Notes: a model not told the origin generated them from the letters alone. Positions 41,195 to 54,714 are shown, counted from the stretch's first letter. The stretch: DNA of 64,000 nt from Octopus bimaculoides (GCF_001194135.2 NC_068983.1:144464719-144528718); one strand, 5' to 3'. Numbers and translations: made by a program.

Positions 41195-41241
41195 CTATAT
41201 ATACATACATACATACATACATACATGCATATATACATACA

Positions 41242-41287
<46 letters not shown>

Positions 41288-43049
41288 AATCAACTTCTAA
41301 ACAATGTATACATCTTCTCTCATTTGCAAATTGAAAGATGGAAGAGAGAAACGGTACGAATAGAAACTTGGAATAAAGTTTATATAGAAATAGCTAAGTA
41401 AGTCGTTTATCGAAAGCAGAAAGTAACATTTTCTCATTTGAAATATTAACATATTTAAAGAACTTCATATGAATTATCAATTTTAAAAACATATTGTACT
41501 ATACATCTGAATTACTTATCATTTCCATACAACATTTCGTTAACTAATATGCATGCCATAAGTTCCTGCATACATCTCTCTCCCTATCTCTTGTTGTTTG
41601 TGTGTGTCCTCGTCCGTGTGTATTATATGTATTATATACATGAACATGTGTTTATGAGTGTCCGTGTGTTTAAATTCTTCACCAATGCCTCCAGTACCAG
41701 GTTTCTCTTTCGCATGAATAACAAACCACTCTGCACATACTATATTATCACATTACTGATTAAGTTAATGCATCGTTTTGTTGTTGATACTTTCTTTTTC
41801 ATTTTCTAACCTTAATTCGTTTCAAGATTACAATCAGTGTCTTTTCCTACTAATATTGTACAGTTACACTATCTTCTATTTTTATATACAAATTAATAAG
41901 TATGCATACTTTACGGCCAACTTAACTAAGATATTTTTGCCAGTATTATTTTTCTACAATTGAAATATTTGGAAACTGATTTTTTAAAAAATATCTCTGA
42001 ATAATTTTTTGTTCAAGTAATCAAAAAAATAATGACGATGATAATAACAACAACAACACTAGCACCACCACCAACAATAATAACAACAACAGTCACATAA
42101 GGAAAATAGAATTTTGTTTATATTTAGTTGCATTTCCAGGGGAAAAACTGCTTTGGATTAAAAAAGAATCTTATTTACAAAAATAGAAAATAATATAATA
42201 AATTAGAATAAACACACGTATTCAGTATTCTGAAAATAGACTGACTATCTATATTATGGAAATTACTAAAATATATGTATGCGGGCGATGAATTGGCAAA
42301 TCTTCGACATCGAGCAAAATGCATTTCGTTAATTGTTCTGGCTCTTTACGCACGGTGTTCAAAATCCGCAAAGGTAAATTTTATCATCCTGAATTCGATA
42401 AGATATTAGCAAACACTGCGCTGAATTAGATACATTGCTAATCTATGCCAACATGTTATGACCTAAGGTATTACAGAAGAGCCGACAACTAATGAAATGA
42501 CACAGTTTAGTTTTCACTAATTCTATTTACCTGTAAGAGCTGATATTAATGCCATGACACATTCGCACACAAAGATGTACATATTCATACATATTCACAC
42601 ACAAAAACATTACGATATTCACTAACCTCCAAACACATTTTCTGTCTCTAACAGGTAACTCTATACAAAAGGAAAAGTGAGCGATTGTACAGATATTTTT
42701 AAAGAAATTACAACACCAGACTTGTCCTTTTAGTAAACAACCGATATATAATTTGATTTTATGAACAAAACAATACTGTTCCCATTATATATAATTGTTT
42801 TCAATACTTTAATTATCTTATTTCCTTTCTTTGCAGGTAAGTAGAGGTGACTTCATTCAATATGGTAAAGTATATAAAATACCATTATTATTTTTGCAAA
42901 TTCAACATTTAACATTTTCAAATATGAATGAAACAACTTCTCTTGAATATGTACAGCCATATGCACGAGTACATACATACATACATACATACATACATAC
43001 ATACATACATACTTACTTACATACATACATACATACATGCGTACATACC

Positions 43050-43415
43050 TTGGATAAAAAGTGGAATATCCAAGTGAAAGCCTCAATAAAATGTAAATAC
43101 AACAAACCTAACATAAGGATTTGGGATAGAGAAGAGAAATTGTGTACAATTGTGAAAATCAGCTAAAGATCAGTGACAAAAAAAAAAAAATACCGATACT
43201 GAAATTTTGAAAACTTTGCGGCTATTTTATCCAGATTACAAGTTCAGTTTCATACTTGTAATCATTGAGGCACTAGGATTTGTAACACATTGTACCAATC
43301 TTGAGAAATTAGGCTTCCCAAAACCATGGAGGAGAAAGCTGATTCGAAAACTCCAGATCCAATTCATCACTGGAACTGTAAAAGTCTGTAAAACTTTCCG
43401 GAAGTTTATCATTTA
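43050..43415 (+). mobile_element. RLE-type (R4/R2-group) non-LTR retrotransposon: endonuclease domain and C-terminus
   Basis: WNIQVKASIKCKYNKPNIRIWDREEKLCTIVKIS (PD-(D/E)xK region), then LYPDYKFSFILVIIEALG...LIRKLQIQFITGTVKVCKTF. Confidence 0.75.
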
Positions 43416-44041
43416 AGTATATATGAGCATGTCTAGATATGCAAGTATATACATGAAAATATATACATAAAACAAAACGTACAAATTTGCACATATACAT
43501 ACATACATACATACATATATACAAAAATTACCCTCTTGGTGTTGAAGAAATTACAATGAAAGAGTCTTGGATCTAGGCTAGAAACAGCCTCTTTCTGTAT
43601 TGGCAAGAATTCTTGAAATAAAACATGACATTCACACACACACACATAGATGTATGTATACATACACACACACACACATACATGCATACAGACATACAAA
43701 CATACGTGCATGCATGCGTACATAAATACATACATATTTCTTTGTCTTCTGTGTTCAAATACGGCAAAGTTCAACTTCCCTTCAGTCCTTTGGTAGCCGA
43801 TAAAAATTAAGTATCAGTGTAGCGCGGTTCCTTAATGAAATTATTAGAGACTCGAACGAGATAACTCGTGATATCTAGTCTGGTTCTTTGAATCATTAAT
43901 TCGTGCATGGTAAACTTCATCCAATCAGCCGTTGTAATGTCAACATTTGATTATTTTCTGCTATTAGAGGTGTTCATTTTTCCGCAAACACGAAGCTATG
44001 TTTCCGGTTTGGGGATACAATTCTCTCCTCCTACACGCACG

Positions 44042-44082
<41 letters not shown>

Positions 44083-44934
44083 ACCAGAATTGGAGGCTCA
44101 TGGGTGCTACCCTCCGCTCTCTGACTCAACTATAAAAACAAATTAACTATTTTAGAACCACCAAAAATTTTAGTGACCTGGATATAGATGCATTGCCTTT
44201 TAGCAGATAAATGAGGCTACAAGCATTGACAGGTAACATTCCTTAATAATTCCTTACATTTTTCCGGTAGCTAGACCCAAAGAGCTCCATAGAGATCGAA
44301 GTGTTATGAATCACCATCAAAATAAATCACAACGGATAAATCAGGTCTGGTAGACATTCAGTCAATGTTCCAAGTGTTTATTTTCCGTTGAAATTTTGCA
44401 ATCTCCATACATAAAATAGATGGACCACGCATCGATTTTCAATCCTTATCAAGTGAATTTCTTGTTTGCAAGAACATTGCACGAGACAGAGCTTCAAATA
44501 AAACGGCGAAAACGTAAAATAAAAGTAACTCTAGCAGTAGGTAACTGACACACATGGTAACTAATATTTTACATATTATTTTGCTTGTTTTCTTTTGTTT
44601 TGAATCATGAAAAGGACTATATAAGAGGATGGTATTGAGTATAATATCTTAAAAGGAAACAATAACTAGGGAAAACGTGATACTTTAATGCCCTGAATAT
44701 CCGTCCATTAAGGGAGTGAACTTGATAGCTTGCTCATGCTCACTGCGTTCGATGATATATTAACAATTGGATGTCTGCTGCAGGTCAGGGAAACAGCTTC
44801 TCAACTATAATTATATAAAAGTAGGATTATTTCAGATAAATGTCAGGCTATAAGTAACAGTGGGCGATAAACAGATAAGGAAAAGAGAGAAGAAATGGGG
44901 AGAGGAATGTGTGTGTAAATATACATACACACGG

Positions 44935-44964
44935 AGAGAAAGAGAGAGAAAGAGAGAGAGAGAG

Positions 44965-45011
<47 letters not shown>

Positions 45012-45030
45012 GACAGAGGCAGACAGGAGA
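44935..45030. repeat. (GA)n microsatellite
   Basis: Directly visible. Confidence 0.95.
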
Positions 45031-45356
45031 GTGTGTATCTCTTGTAAAGAGAAGAAAGTAAGACAGAAATAAGGGAGAAGTGAATTTCACTACGTTTAGG
45101 AATTTTTTGTTTTTTAACGAGATGTGAGAGAAACATTAGACTGGTCTCTTTGTTTTACTGATTATTTTAGCGGCTGAATTAAACTTCTATGAGTCAAATA
45201 TGTGAGATAATTTTCGCATATTTTTGAAATTATTTTATTTCACTTAGTAATTATCTCAGGAATAGTACGGCAAAACGTAATCTATTAATTTGCTAAATTG
45301 TGTTAAATATTACTTCCCGATTGATTTGTGGTGAGCGCTTTAGGGTTGTTGTTGTT

Positions 45357-45735
45357 GGCACTCCGTCGATTACGACGACGTGTGCTCCAGTTGATCCGAT
45401 CAACGGAACAGCCTGCTCTTGAAATTAACATGCAAGTGGCTGAGCACTCCACAGACACGTATACCCTTAACGTAGTTCTCGGGGATATTCATTGTGACAC
45501 AAAGTGTGACAAGGCTGACCCTTTGAATTACTGGCACAACAGAAACAGGAAGTAAGAGTGAGAGAAATTTGTGGTGAAAGAGTACACCAGGGTTCGCCAC
45601 CATCCTCTGTCGGAGCCTTGTGGAGCTTTAGGATGTTTTCGCTCAATAAACACTCACAATGTCCGGTCTGGGAATCGAAACCGCGATCCTATGACACAAG
45701 TCCGCTGCCCTAACCATTGGGCCATTGCACCTCCA
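45357..45735 (-). mobile_element. tRNA-derived SINE, family B, near full length
   Basis: The reverse strand starts gtggaggtgcaatggcccaatggttagggcagcgg...ggtttcgattccc (A and B boxes); the body matches 14914-15200. Confidence 0.8.
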
Positions 45736-46167
45736 CGAATTGTAGGGTAGGCACTAAGCTACTAGACAACAATCTGATTTCCCATAATGCAGTCGGTCAT
45801 AGTGACAAGCCCAAAACTTTAATACTGTATCTAAGACTAATCAGCATGGCAGATTTCACTGCTACTTCAAGTTACACTGTAAGAAAACAGCAGAGCACTG
45901 GAAGCTAATAAAATTCTCCTTTATTTCATTTTTCTGACGCTACTTAGAATGGTGTATCTTGAGCCTCTTTATAGCTCGGAGTACTGAACAGTTTTAATAT
46001 CAGGTTATAGCTAATGTTTAGCTCCGTATCGTCTCTTCTTGCACTGGATGTACTTCAATACCCAATATATTCATTCGACTAAACGTGGGTGTTTACAAGT
46101 TAATTTGACCCAACCTGATGCATATCATTTAAGTACCTGATTCTGTCCCGAAACTTTAATATTTTTG

Positions 46168-46231
<64 letters not shown>

Positions 46232-46502
46232 ATGTATGTATGTATGTATGTATGTATGTATGTATATGATTCACTACCAAGGTTGTGTGGAACAGTGTGA
46301 TAGATGTTCCGAATATATATAGGTGCTCAACCATAACAGATCTTCAGACAACACTTTATTGTATCAAGTTACAGCTTTGCGGGTTAGATAGGGGTGTATA
46401 TTTCAAGATCTGAAGAGGTTTTAATCGCTAGAATGAAAATTGGTCTACATTAATTTTGTGTATCATCGCTCACTAATTACCTAGCCAATACTTGTCTAAA
46501 CG

Positions 46503-46915
46503 AAGGCGGCGAGCTGGCAGAAACGTTAGCGCGCCGGGCGAAATGGTCAGCGGTATTTCGTCTGCTATTACGTTCTGAGTTCAAATTCCACCGAGGTCGA
46601 CTTTGCTTTTCATCCTTTCGGGGTCGATAAATTAAGTACCAGTTACGCACTGTGGTCGATGTAATCGACTTAATCCTTTTGTCTGTCCTTGTTTGCCCCC
46701 TCTATGTTTAGCCCCCTTGTGGGCAATAAAGAAATAAGAAACGTTAGTACGCCTGGCGAAATGCTTAGCAGTATTTCGTCTGTTTTTACGTTCTGAGTTC
46801 AAATTCTCCCGGGATCGACTTCGCATTTCATCCTTTCGGATAAATTGAGTACCAGTTGCGTACTGGGTTCACTCTAATCGACTAGTCCCCTCCCCAAATA
46901 TTTTGGGCCTTGTAG
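46503..46915 (+). mobile_element. Two tandem tRNA-derived SINE family A units (second is 5'-truncated)
   Basis: gaaggcggcgagctggcagaaacgttagc...ttctgagttcaaattcc; the second unit starts at gaaacgttagtacgcc (about 46739). Confidence 0.85.
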
Positions 46916-47732
46916 ACGAAACAACACACTAACATACACGCACAAAAACACACACACAAGCTCACACACAAACATGCACACATACACGTACATGACTTCT
47001 CCCCAACACATCTCTGATGCACCCTCTCAGCTATTAGATATGCATAAATCTATATTTATATGTGTGTGTGCATGTGTAAATATTTATATAGATGTATATG
47101 TGTGTATGTATATATATATGTATATNNNNNNNNNNNNNNNNNNNNNNNNNNNNNNNNNNNNNNNNNNNNNNNNNNNNNNNNNNNNNNNNNNNNNNNNNNN
47201 NNNNNNNNNNNNNNNNNNNNNNNNNNNNNNNNNNTATATATATATATATATATATGAACATACATATAGTGTATATGTAAGTATTATACATATTGCATAT
47301 AAGTTTGCATATATATTATACGCACGCGTACATGCAATCTCACACATTTATGGTGTCTATGTCTATAACTGTACAAGTACATATTTGTGTAAATAACATA
47401 TAATAAACGAGTGTCTCCCGCCACCCCTTTATTCAGGTATATTTGGCTAAGATAAATAATTTCAGATTTGAAAAATTAAACGAGAATTATTTACTGAAAT
47501 ATGAAAATAATTACGTTTATCGAAAATATATTTTCCAATTCTTCATAAATGCATACACACACACATGCGCACACCTACTCACACAACTACCTACACAAGA
47601 CACAGAAAACACACACAAATGCCTACCCCACAACTACACGCACACACACAAATGTGCATGTGACTACATGTAACTTTGTAGTATTTTGAATATATATGTG
47701 TATGTGCCTATACATATATATATATATATATA

Positions 47733-48075
47733 TGGGAGAATATACAAATAATAACAACAGACGAGGACAGGTGGTGTAAATAACAAAAGTATATATTAGT
47801 ATGACGCTCGGGAATACGGAAAGTCTTTGACGTTTCGAGCTACGCTCTTCAACAGAAAGAATACGGAGACAAGGAGAAAAACACGGAGAAAAAAAATTGA
47901 ATAGTGTTCAGTCAACGGTCAATCATAATGGATTTGAGTTTGTGTATTAAAGCATATTCTGTTGTGTCTGGGGAGAGTTATTCGCTTTTAGTGTCTTATT
48001 ATTTAACACACTCAACCGTCAAATTTTCACTCATTTCCTTCCTTCTTTTTCCAAAACTTTCGTTGCGTCTCCTTG
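47733..48075 (-). mobile_element. Putative Penelope-like-element 3' region with family-2 hammerhead motif
   Basis: Matches 34125-34330; extends upstream into purine-rich, coding-like sequence that recurs inverted at 48330-48445. Confidence 0.5.
47824..47860 (-). ncRNA. Minimal type-I hammerhead motif, family 2 (best-preserved copy)
   Basis: UCUUU-CUGUUGA-A-GAGC(GUA)GCUC-GAAA-CG-UC^AAAGA: perfect 5-bp stem I, 4-bp stem II, palindromic ACGU stem III, GUC triplet; core has U at position 6 plus an extra A. Confidence 0.5.
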
Positions 48076-49048
48076 TGTGTGAATCTCTGAGTGTGTGTGT
48101 GTGTGTATACACATACACACACACACACGCTCAGACATGTACACACAAGGAGACAAAGGGACACACTCGCATGCAAACACACACATATACATAAAAACAC
48201 ACAAACACGGACACGCAAACACATGAATATGTAGAATACATTTATGTGTATGCATACACACATGCGCACAAACAAACAAACAGAACGCATTGTGAATAAC
48301 GGATAGAGTCAAAACTATTGAAAAGGTTGCAAGACGCAACGAAAAGTTTAGAAAAATAAAGGAAATGAGTGGAAATTTTACCGGCGTGTCTGTTAAATTA
48401 AGGCACTAAAAGAGGATGACTCTCCCCAGACACAACAGAATATATATATATATANNNNNNNNNNNNNNNNNNNNNNNNNNNNNNNNNNNNNNNNNNNNNN
48501 NNNNNNNNNNNNNNNNNNNNNNNNNNNNNNNNNNNNNNNNNNNNNNNNNNNNNNNNNNNNNNNNNNNNNNNNNNNNNNNNNNNNNNNNNNNNNNNNNNNN
48601 NNNNNNNNNNNNNNNNNNNNNNNNNNNNNNNNNNNNNNNNNNNNNNNNNNNNNNNNNNNNNNNNNNNNNNNNNNNNNNNNNNNNNNNNNNNNNNNNNNNN
48701 NNNNNNNNNNNNNNNNNNNNNNNNNNNNNNNNNNNNNNNNNNNNNNNNNNNNNNNNNNNNNNNNNNNNNNNNNNNNNNNNNNNNNNNNNNNNNNNNNNNN
48801 NNNNNNNNNNNNNNNNNNNNNNNNNNNNNNNNNNNNNNNNNNNNNNNNNNNNNNNNNNNNNNNNNNNNNNNNNNNNNNNNNNNNNNNNNNNNNNNNNNNN
48901 NNNNNNNNNNNNNNNNNNNNNNNNNNNNNNNNNNNNNNNNNNNNNNNNNNNNNNNNNNNNNNNNNNNNNNNNNNNNNNNNNNNNNNNNNNNNNNNNNNNN
49001 NNNNNNNNNNNNNNNNNNNNNNNNNNNNNNNNNNNNNNNNNNNNNNNN

Positions 49049-49094
<46 letters not shown>

Positions 49095-49654
49095 AGAGAG
49101 AGAGAGAGAGAGAGAGAGGGGGGAAGAAAGAAAGAAAGAGAGAGAGGTGGGGAGAGAAGGTGTAGTTATATGCATGTTTACACTGAATTTTTGAAAACTT
49201 GTGATATTTAAAATAGCAATTTACAATTCCGTTATCGTTTCTCCCAAAATATTTTTTTGCTTGTAAGGAAAGCGAGATTGAAAATTCGCTTCAATGAATG
49301 CATCTCGTAACGCCTTTCGTACATAATTAGTACTTATTTAACTTTGAAACACAAATCATACCTCAGAAATTCCGAAGAAAGTGACACTGAATTACATGTG
49401 TTGTAAATCTTACATTCTGATACATCGCCTCTGAATGCACCGTCATGAATTTTTTCCAATATTTATAAATTTTTATTTAAATACAAGGACCGTAATTAAG
49501 AGTTAATGATGAAATGACTTTTTGTAAAGCTTTTCAGATCCTCTTTTAAAACTTGCATGCTACAATAGTCTCACAATCATGTCTGTCCTATCATTTTTCA
49601 GCAAGTAAGATATTACTTTTAAGCAAAAGAAATATATTCTTTACTCTTTTACTC

Positions 49655-50065
49655 TTTTACTTGTTTCAATCATTTAACTGCGGCCATGCTGGAACACCGC
49701 CTTTAGTCGAGAAAATCGACCCCGGGACATATTCTTTGGATGCCTAGTACTTATTCTATCGGACTCATTTGCCGAACCGCTAAGTTACGGGCACGTAAAC
49801 ATACCACCATCGGTTGCCAAGCGATGTTGGGGGGGGGGGACAAACACAAACACACAAACACATACAGACACATACATATAAATATTCATATATATATACA
49901 TATATACGACGGGCTGCTTTCAGTTTCCGTCTGCCAAATCCACTCACAAGGCTTTGGTCGGCCCGAGGCTACAGTAGAAGACACTTGCCCAAGGTGCCAC
50001 GCAGTGGGAATGAACCCGGAACCATGTGGTTAGTAAGCAAGCTACTTACCACACAGCCACTCCTA
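49655..50065 (-). mobile_element. tRNA-derived SINE family C with internal microsatellite and (AAAGAGT)-type tail
   Basis: Reverse-strand head aggagtggctgtgtggtaag...ggttccgggttcattccc, then gcaccttgggcaagtgtcttc core and a tail of short repeats. Confidence 0.8.
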
Positions 50066-50154
50066 CCAGAACTTGAGTTGAGTTGGATTCAAAATAATTT
50101 GGAAATCAAAATATGAAGCACCAAGTCCTAGTCCCAGTATTCGTATAGAGAGAG

Positions 50155-50290
50155 GCTAGCGAGTTGGTAGAATCGCTAGTATGCCGGGCAAAATGCTTAG
50201 CTGTATTTCGTCTGCCCTCAGTTCTTAGTTCAAAAATTGCTCCGAGGTCGACTTTCATCCTTTCGAGGTTGATATAATAGGCTTATCCCC
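50155..50290 (+). mobile_element. SINE family A partial copy
   Basis: gcgagttggtagaatcgctagtatgccgggcaaaatgcttagc matches the 46503 unit. Confidence 0.7.
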
Positions 50291-51515
50291 TTCCAAGAAA
50301 TTAATATTTGTATAGAGATAAACATATCTTCTACTAAGAATACTTTTGTATACATGTGAACCACGCAATCTACTGATTTGTAGAAAAGTCATATGAAATC
50401 GTCGTCAATATATCGAAATCCTTAGAGAAATAAAACTGTTAGAGCTCAATATTCTCGTGACATTATAAATCTGCTGGCATCTGAAACTCAGCATTGGAAG
50501 CTCTCGGTTACTATTTCTTGTTGTTATCGTTTCGTATATTGATGACTTACTGCAAACTCTATGATTCAAAAAATAAATTATGAAAGGCTCTATTGAGACT
50601 TGAATAAAATTTAATTTTACACATTTGTAGGGAGTTTCATTTTACATATCATATAGATTTGTTCGTTAATAATGTAAAGACTGAGATGTATTTGTACAAC
50701 TAGATAGATTGAAGCCACGAATATTGTTTAGGTAACAGAAGCAGTACATAGCCCGTGGCAGAAAATGAACGATTGATTCGTGGTCCCGGTAATCAGACAT
50801 CTAATTGATTGGGTCACTTTTGAGTCGAAACACGTTTTTTTTGCACTCCACTCTTTATAAGCTGCAAAATCAGAAAACTGTAGATCGTCTCTGAAATAGC
50901 AGACATCCTGCCTGAGAGAACCTAATTTTAATTGCACGATCGTGCTGTTTGTAATTAGCTCTCCCTTCAATTCAATGGAAATGTAATCATATGATTATTG
51001 GTGACAGTTGTGCGAGCCAAAGCCCAATTTTCTTGTAAAGATTCGAAATGAGATTGATTATCTTTCTTTTTATTCTTGGTGCAACAAATCTTCAATTAAA
51101 CAAATAATGGAATGACTAAAATAAACAAAACAAACAAATATGTAAATCATCATTCAGCATTTTAAACAAAGCAATATTTTATGTCATTCTGTCTGGTTGA
51201 AAATAGTAGTTTTAATTAGGTCTACTTTAAAATTTGTTTGTTTCTTTTATGCCTAACAAAATATATCCAGTAGAAAGAACGATGATCACACGGAACGAAT
51301 AAGTAAAATAATGTTTTTACTAATTAAAGACCAATATTATCTCGGGTTTGTTTATAGATATAAAATAAAATGATAGAAAGCGTTATTTGCTAGTAATAAC
51401 AGTATTGAGTGTGGTTGGAGGGTGCAAGTAATCGGAAAATGTATAACAAATGGTTAGAAAAGGAATAATAAATCAGAAAAAGAAGAAAATACTAAAGAGA
51501 CGCAATAAAACCTTC

Positions 51516-52086
51516 GGCACTGTCATGCTATTAGCTGTCAGAAGTGAAAGTGCTCACTGCTAGTGAAGTATCTGTCTGTCTGCCTGTCTGCCTGCTTGCC
51601 TGCTGAACTATCTGTGTGTCCGTCAGTCTTCTGCCTGCTGGTTTGAGTTGATACTTTGGCTTACTTACTTACTGATATCTATCTACTATCTATCTATCTA
51701 TCAATCACTCGTCCACCTTATTAGAAAACACAAATTTAATATAAAAACATATTTCCTGAAATTGCAAATTATTTAAAATATAAAAATATAATTTTCAACA
51801 GAGAGAATTNNNNNNNNNNNNNNNNNNNNNNNNNNNNNNNNNNNNNNNNNNNNNNNNNNNNNNNNNNNNNNNNNNNNNNNNNNNNNNNNNNNNNNNNNNN
51901 NNNNNNNNNNNNNNNNNNNNNNNNNNNNNNNNNNNNNNNNNNNNNNNNNNNNNNNNNNNNNNNNNNNNNNNNNNNNNNNNNNNNNNNNNNNNNNNNNNNN
52001 NNNNNNNNNNNNNNNNNNNNNNNNNNNNNNNNNNNNNNNNNNNNNNNNNNNNNNNNNNNNNNNNNNNNNNNNNNNNNNNNNNNNNN

Positions 52087-52161
<75 letters not shown>

Positions 52162-52312
52162 TATAGCTCGCTCCGGCCAGTCATGGTATTAGCTGTCAGT
52201 AGCCAAAGAATCGACAGGCCAGCAACAGGCATGCAGGCAGACAGGCAGACAGACAGATACTTCACTAGCAGTGAGCACTTTCACTTCTGACAGCTAATAG
52301 CATGACAGTGCC
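51516..52312. mobile_element. Merlin-like non-autonomous DNA transposon (MITE): perfect 80-bp TIRs, 8-bp TSD
   Basis: 51516-51595 is the exact reverse complement of 52233-52312; AAACCTTC at both 51508-51515 and 52313-52320; termini GGCAC fit the Merlin GGNRM consensus; the interior contains a gap. Confidence 0.75.
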
Positions 52313-52382
52313 AAACCTTCGTTACAGAATTTCTCATGCTTTAGTGAAGTGGAATGTGTTCTTGCACACACACGCACACACA

Positions 52383-52414
<32 letters not shown>

Positions 52415-52763
52415 TACACACACTAACACTCACACGCACACACGTACACGGACACATACTCATGGAAGCGAACATACACACACTCGTGGGCATGAATATG
52501 GGTATTCCTGTGTTAAGAGGTAATAAACGCCTGGAGATATTTTCATCAAATGTTTATCTTTTGAGTGCCTCCTACATTCTGACCACGTTTCTCTCTTTCG
52601 TTACTGCCATACCAAGCTACTAACATACAGGTCTCTCCTTCATCCTGATTATATTTTGTTTTCGTAAACATCCGCGTAGCCATCCACTCAATAATAATAA
52701 TGATGATGACGATGATGGTGACAAGGACGACGACGGCGACAACAACAACAGCAACGATAGAGA

Positions 52764-53335
52764 TCAATGGAAAAACTGGAATACAGAGTTAACTTCTTGT
52801 GGAAAATTTTTGGCGAAGGTTATCATGAAGAGAGGCATATTTCAAGGAGATAACCCATCACCACTGCTGTTTATGATTTGTGTGATACCACTCATTCAGA
52901 TACCACGGAAAGTGACAACGGAGTACACCTTGAAAACTGGAGGAAAATTAAATCATCTGTTATATATGGATGAATTAAAGATCTTTGGAAAGACCGAACG
53001 TGAAATAAATGCTATAGTTTCAACGGTGCAGATATTCAGGAAGGATATCGGAATGGAATCTGGGACTAAAAATCGTGGTACGCTTATAATACAAAGAAGT
53101 AAAATAGTGTCGAATGGTGTAGAGCTACCCAAAATCAAGGATATTGAGACTAATGGATATAAACATCTGGAAATGTTAGAATACGACAAAATCAAGGAAA
53201 GTGAATTGAAAGATAGCTTTAGGCGAAAATATCTCAGAAGAACCAGGTTAATTATGGGAAGTAGACTCAATGGAAAAAAACAAAATCAGAGCAATGGGAA
53301 AAAAACAAATTCAGAGCAATATTTTCATGTGATAA
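52764..53335 (+). mobile_element. R4/Dong-like LINE RT core fragment
   Basis: RGIFQGDNPSPLLF, NHLLYMDELKIF (YMDD motif degenerate), DIGMESG, YKHLEMLE. Confidence 0.9.
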
Positions 53336-53349
53336 ATATGAGGTCCTAG

Positions 53350-53700
53350 AAATTGAAAAACAAAAGATATAGTATCTTAAAGTGGGAACTGTTCCTGTTA
53401 TTGTAGGTGCCCTAGGTATGATAAGAAAGAGATGTCAGAAACATCTAGATAATATCTCGGGAGAACCATGTCACAAAGAAATCCAAAGAACTGGGCTAAT
53501 AAGTACTGCCCACATCCTTAGAAAACTCCTATCAATTTTAATGTATATGTTGTATCACATGAAAATATTTTGCTACTGCCCCTTCCACGTCCCCTCCCTA
53601 AGCTTTCAGGCATACTGTAACATCTCTTATCCTTCATTTGCCCTAGGACGCTGGATGTGTCTTGGCGAGTAATTGTAATATAAAGCCCAAAGTAAGGAAA
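53350..53700 (+). mobile_element. R4/Dong-like LINE C-terminus and 3'UTR
   Basis: TVPVIVGALGMIRK...EIQRTGLISTAHILRKLL. Confidence 0.8.
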
Positions 53701-53811
53701 CCTTGCTAGTGACAGCTGGGGATTGATCTAAGAAGGGGAAAGGGAAAACTGAACCACTTGCTATTCACAAAAGCTATTCACAAATACTGAGGCAGAACTG
53801 CTCGGATTTTC

Positions 53812-54650
53812 TCCAGTGATATTAAGATGGAGTTTGGACTCTCAAAATGTGCTATGATGGTGATGAAATGAGGAAAGCTTGCCAGGACAAAAGGCATATA
53901 TTGGACAAATGTTGAAATGATGAAGGCGATTCAACCTCAATCCAGCTATAAATACTGGGAATACTTGAGGCAGATGGAATCAAACCCCACCACATGGTAT
54001 GGCGCTGGAATCTTGACGTGGACAGAGGAGGAGCTAAAGAAACTGGACAGGGTGTCAAGAAACCTCTTAACGATGCATGATCCCATCATCCACGTGTAGA
54101 CACTGATCGCTTATACATGAAGAGAGCAAATGGATGAAGGGGACTGGACTGATAAATGTGGAAGTCTGCGTGTGCATCGAGCTCGAGAGCTTAATGAAAT
54201 ACCCAACCCAAAGTAAGAAAACCTTGCTAGTGACAGTTAGGAACGTGGAAGTATTGAGAGCAGAAAAAAAGGGAAAAATAAAGAAGTGCAAAAAGGACAT
54301 GACGCAAGAGGGACTACACCATCAGCTCCATGTAGCCACAAGAGAAGCTGGTGGAAAGAATTGGTGGGATTGGCTGATGAAAGGAACATTAAAAAAAGAG
54401 ATTGAGAGCACTACACTGGCAACACTAGACCAAGCTTTGACCAGGAACTGGAGGGCCAACCTAAGAAATGAGCAAGTGTCTCTGCTGTGCTGCATCTGCA
54501 ATAGAGTGGATGAAACCATCGCCCATATCACAAACGAATGCCCTAGACTTGCCCCAAACCACTACAAGTTGTGGCAACATGATCAAGTAGCGGAAGTGCT
54601 ACACTGGAAACTGCGAAAAGTGGGGGCTAGAAAGAGACAAGACATGGCAT
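53812..54650 (+). mobile_element. R4/Dong-like LINE post-RT region to CCHC zinc knuckle
   Basis: DIKMEFGLSKCA, WTEEELKKLDR, LKKEIESTTLATLDQAL, CCICNRVDETIAHITNECPRLA...HDQVAEVLHW. Confidence 0.85.
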
Positions 54651-54714
54651 GAGCACAGACTGCAGAGAGAGACGGAGTCGCAGACTATCAAAATCCTTTG
54701 GGATTTCCAAATCC

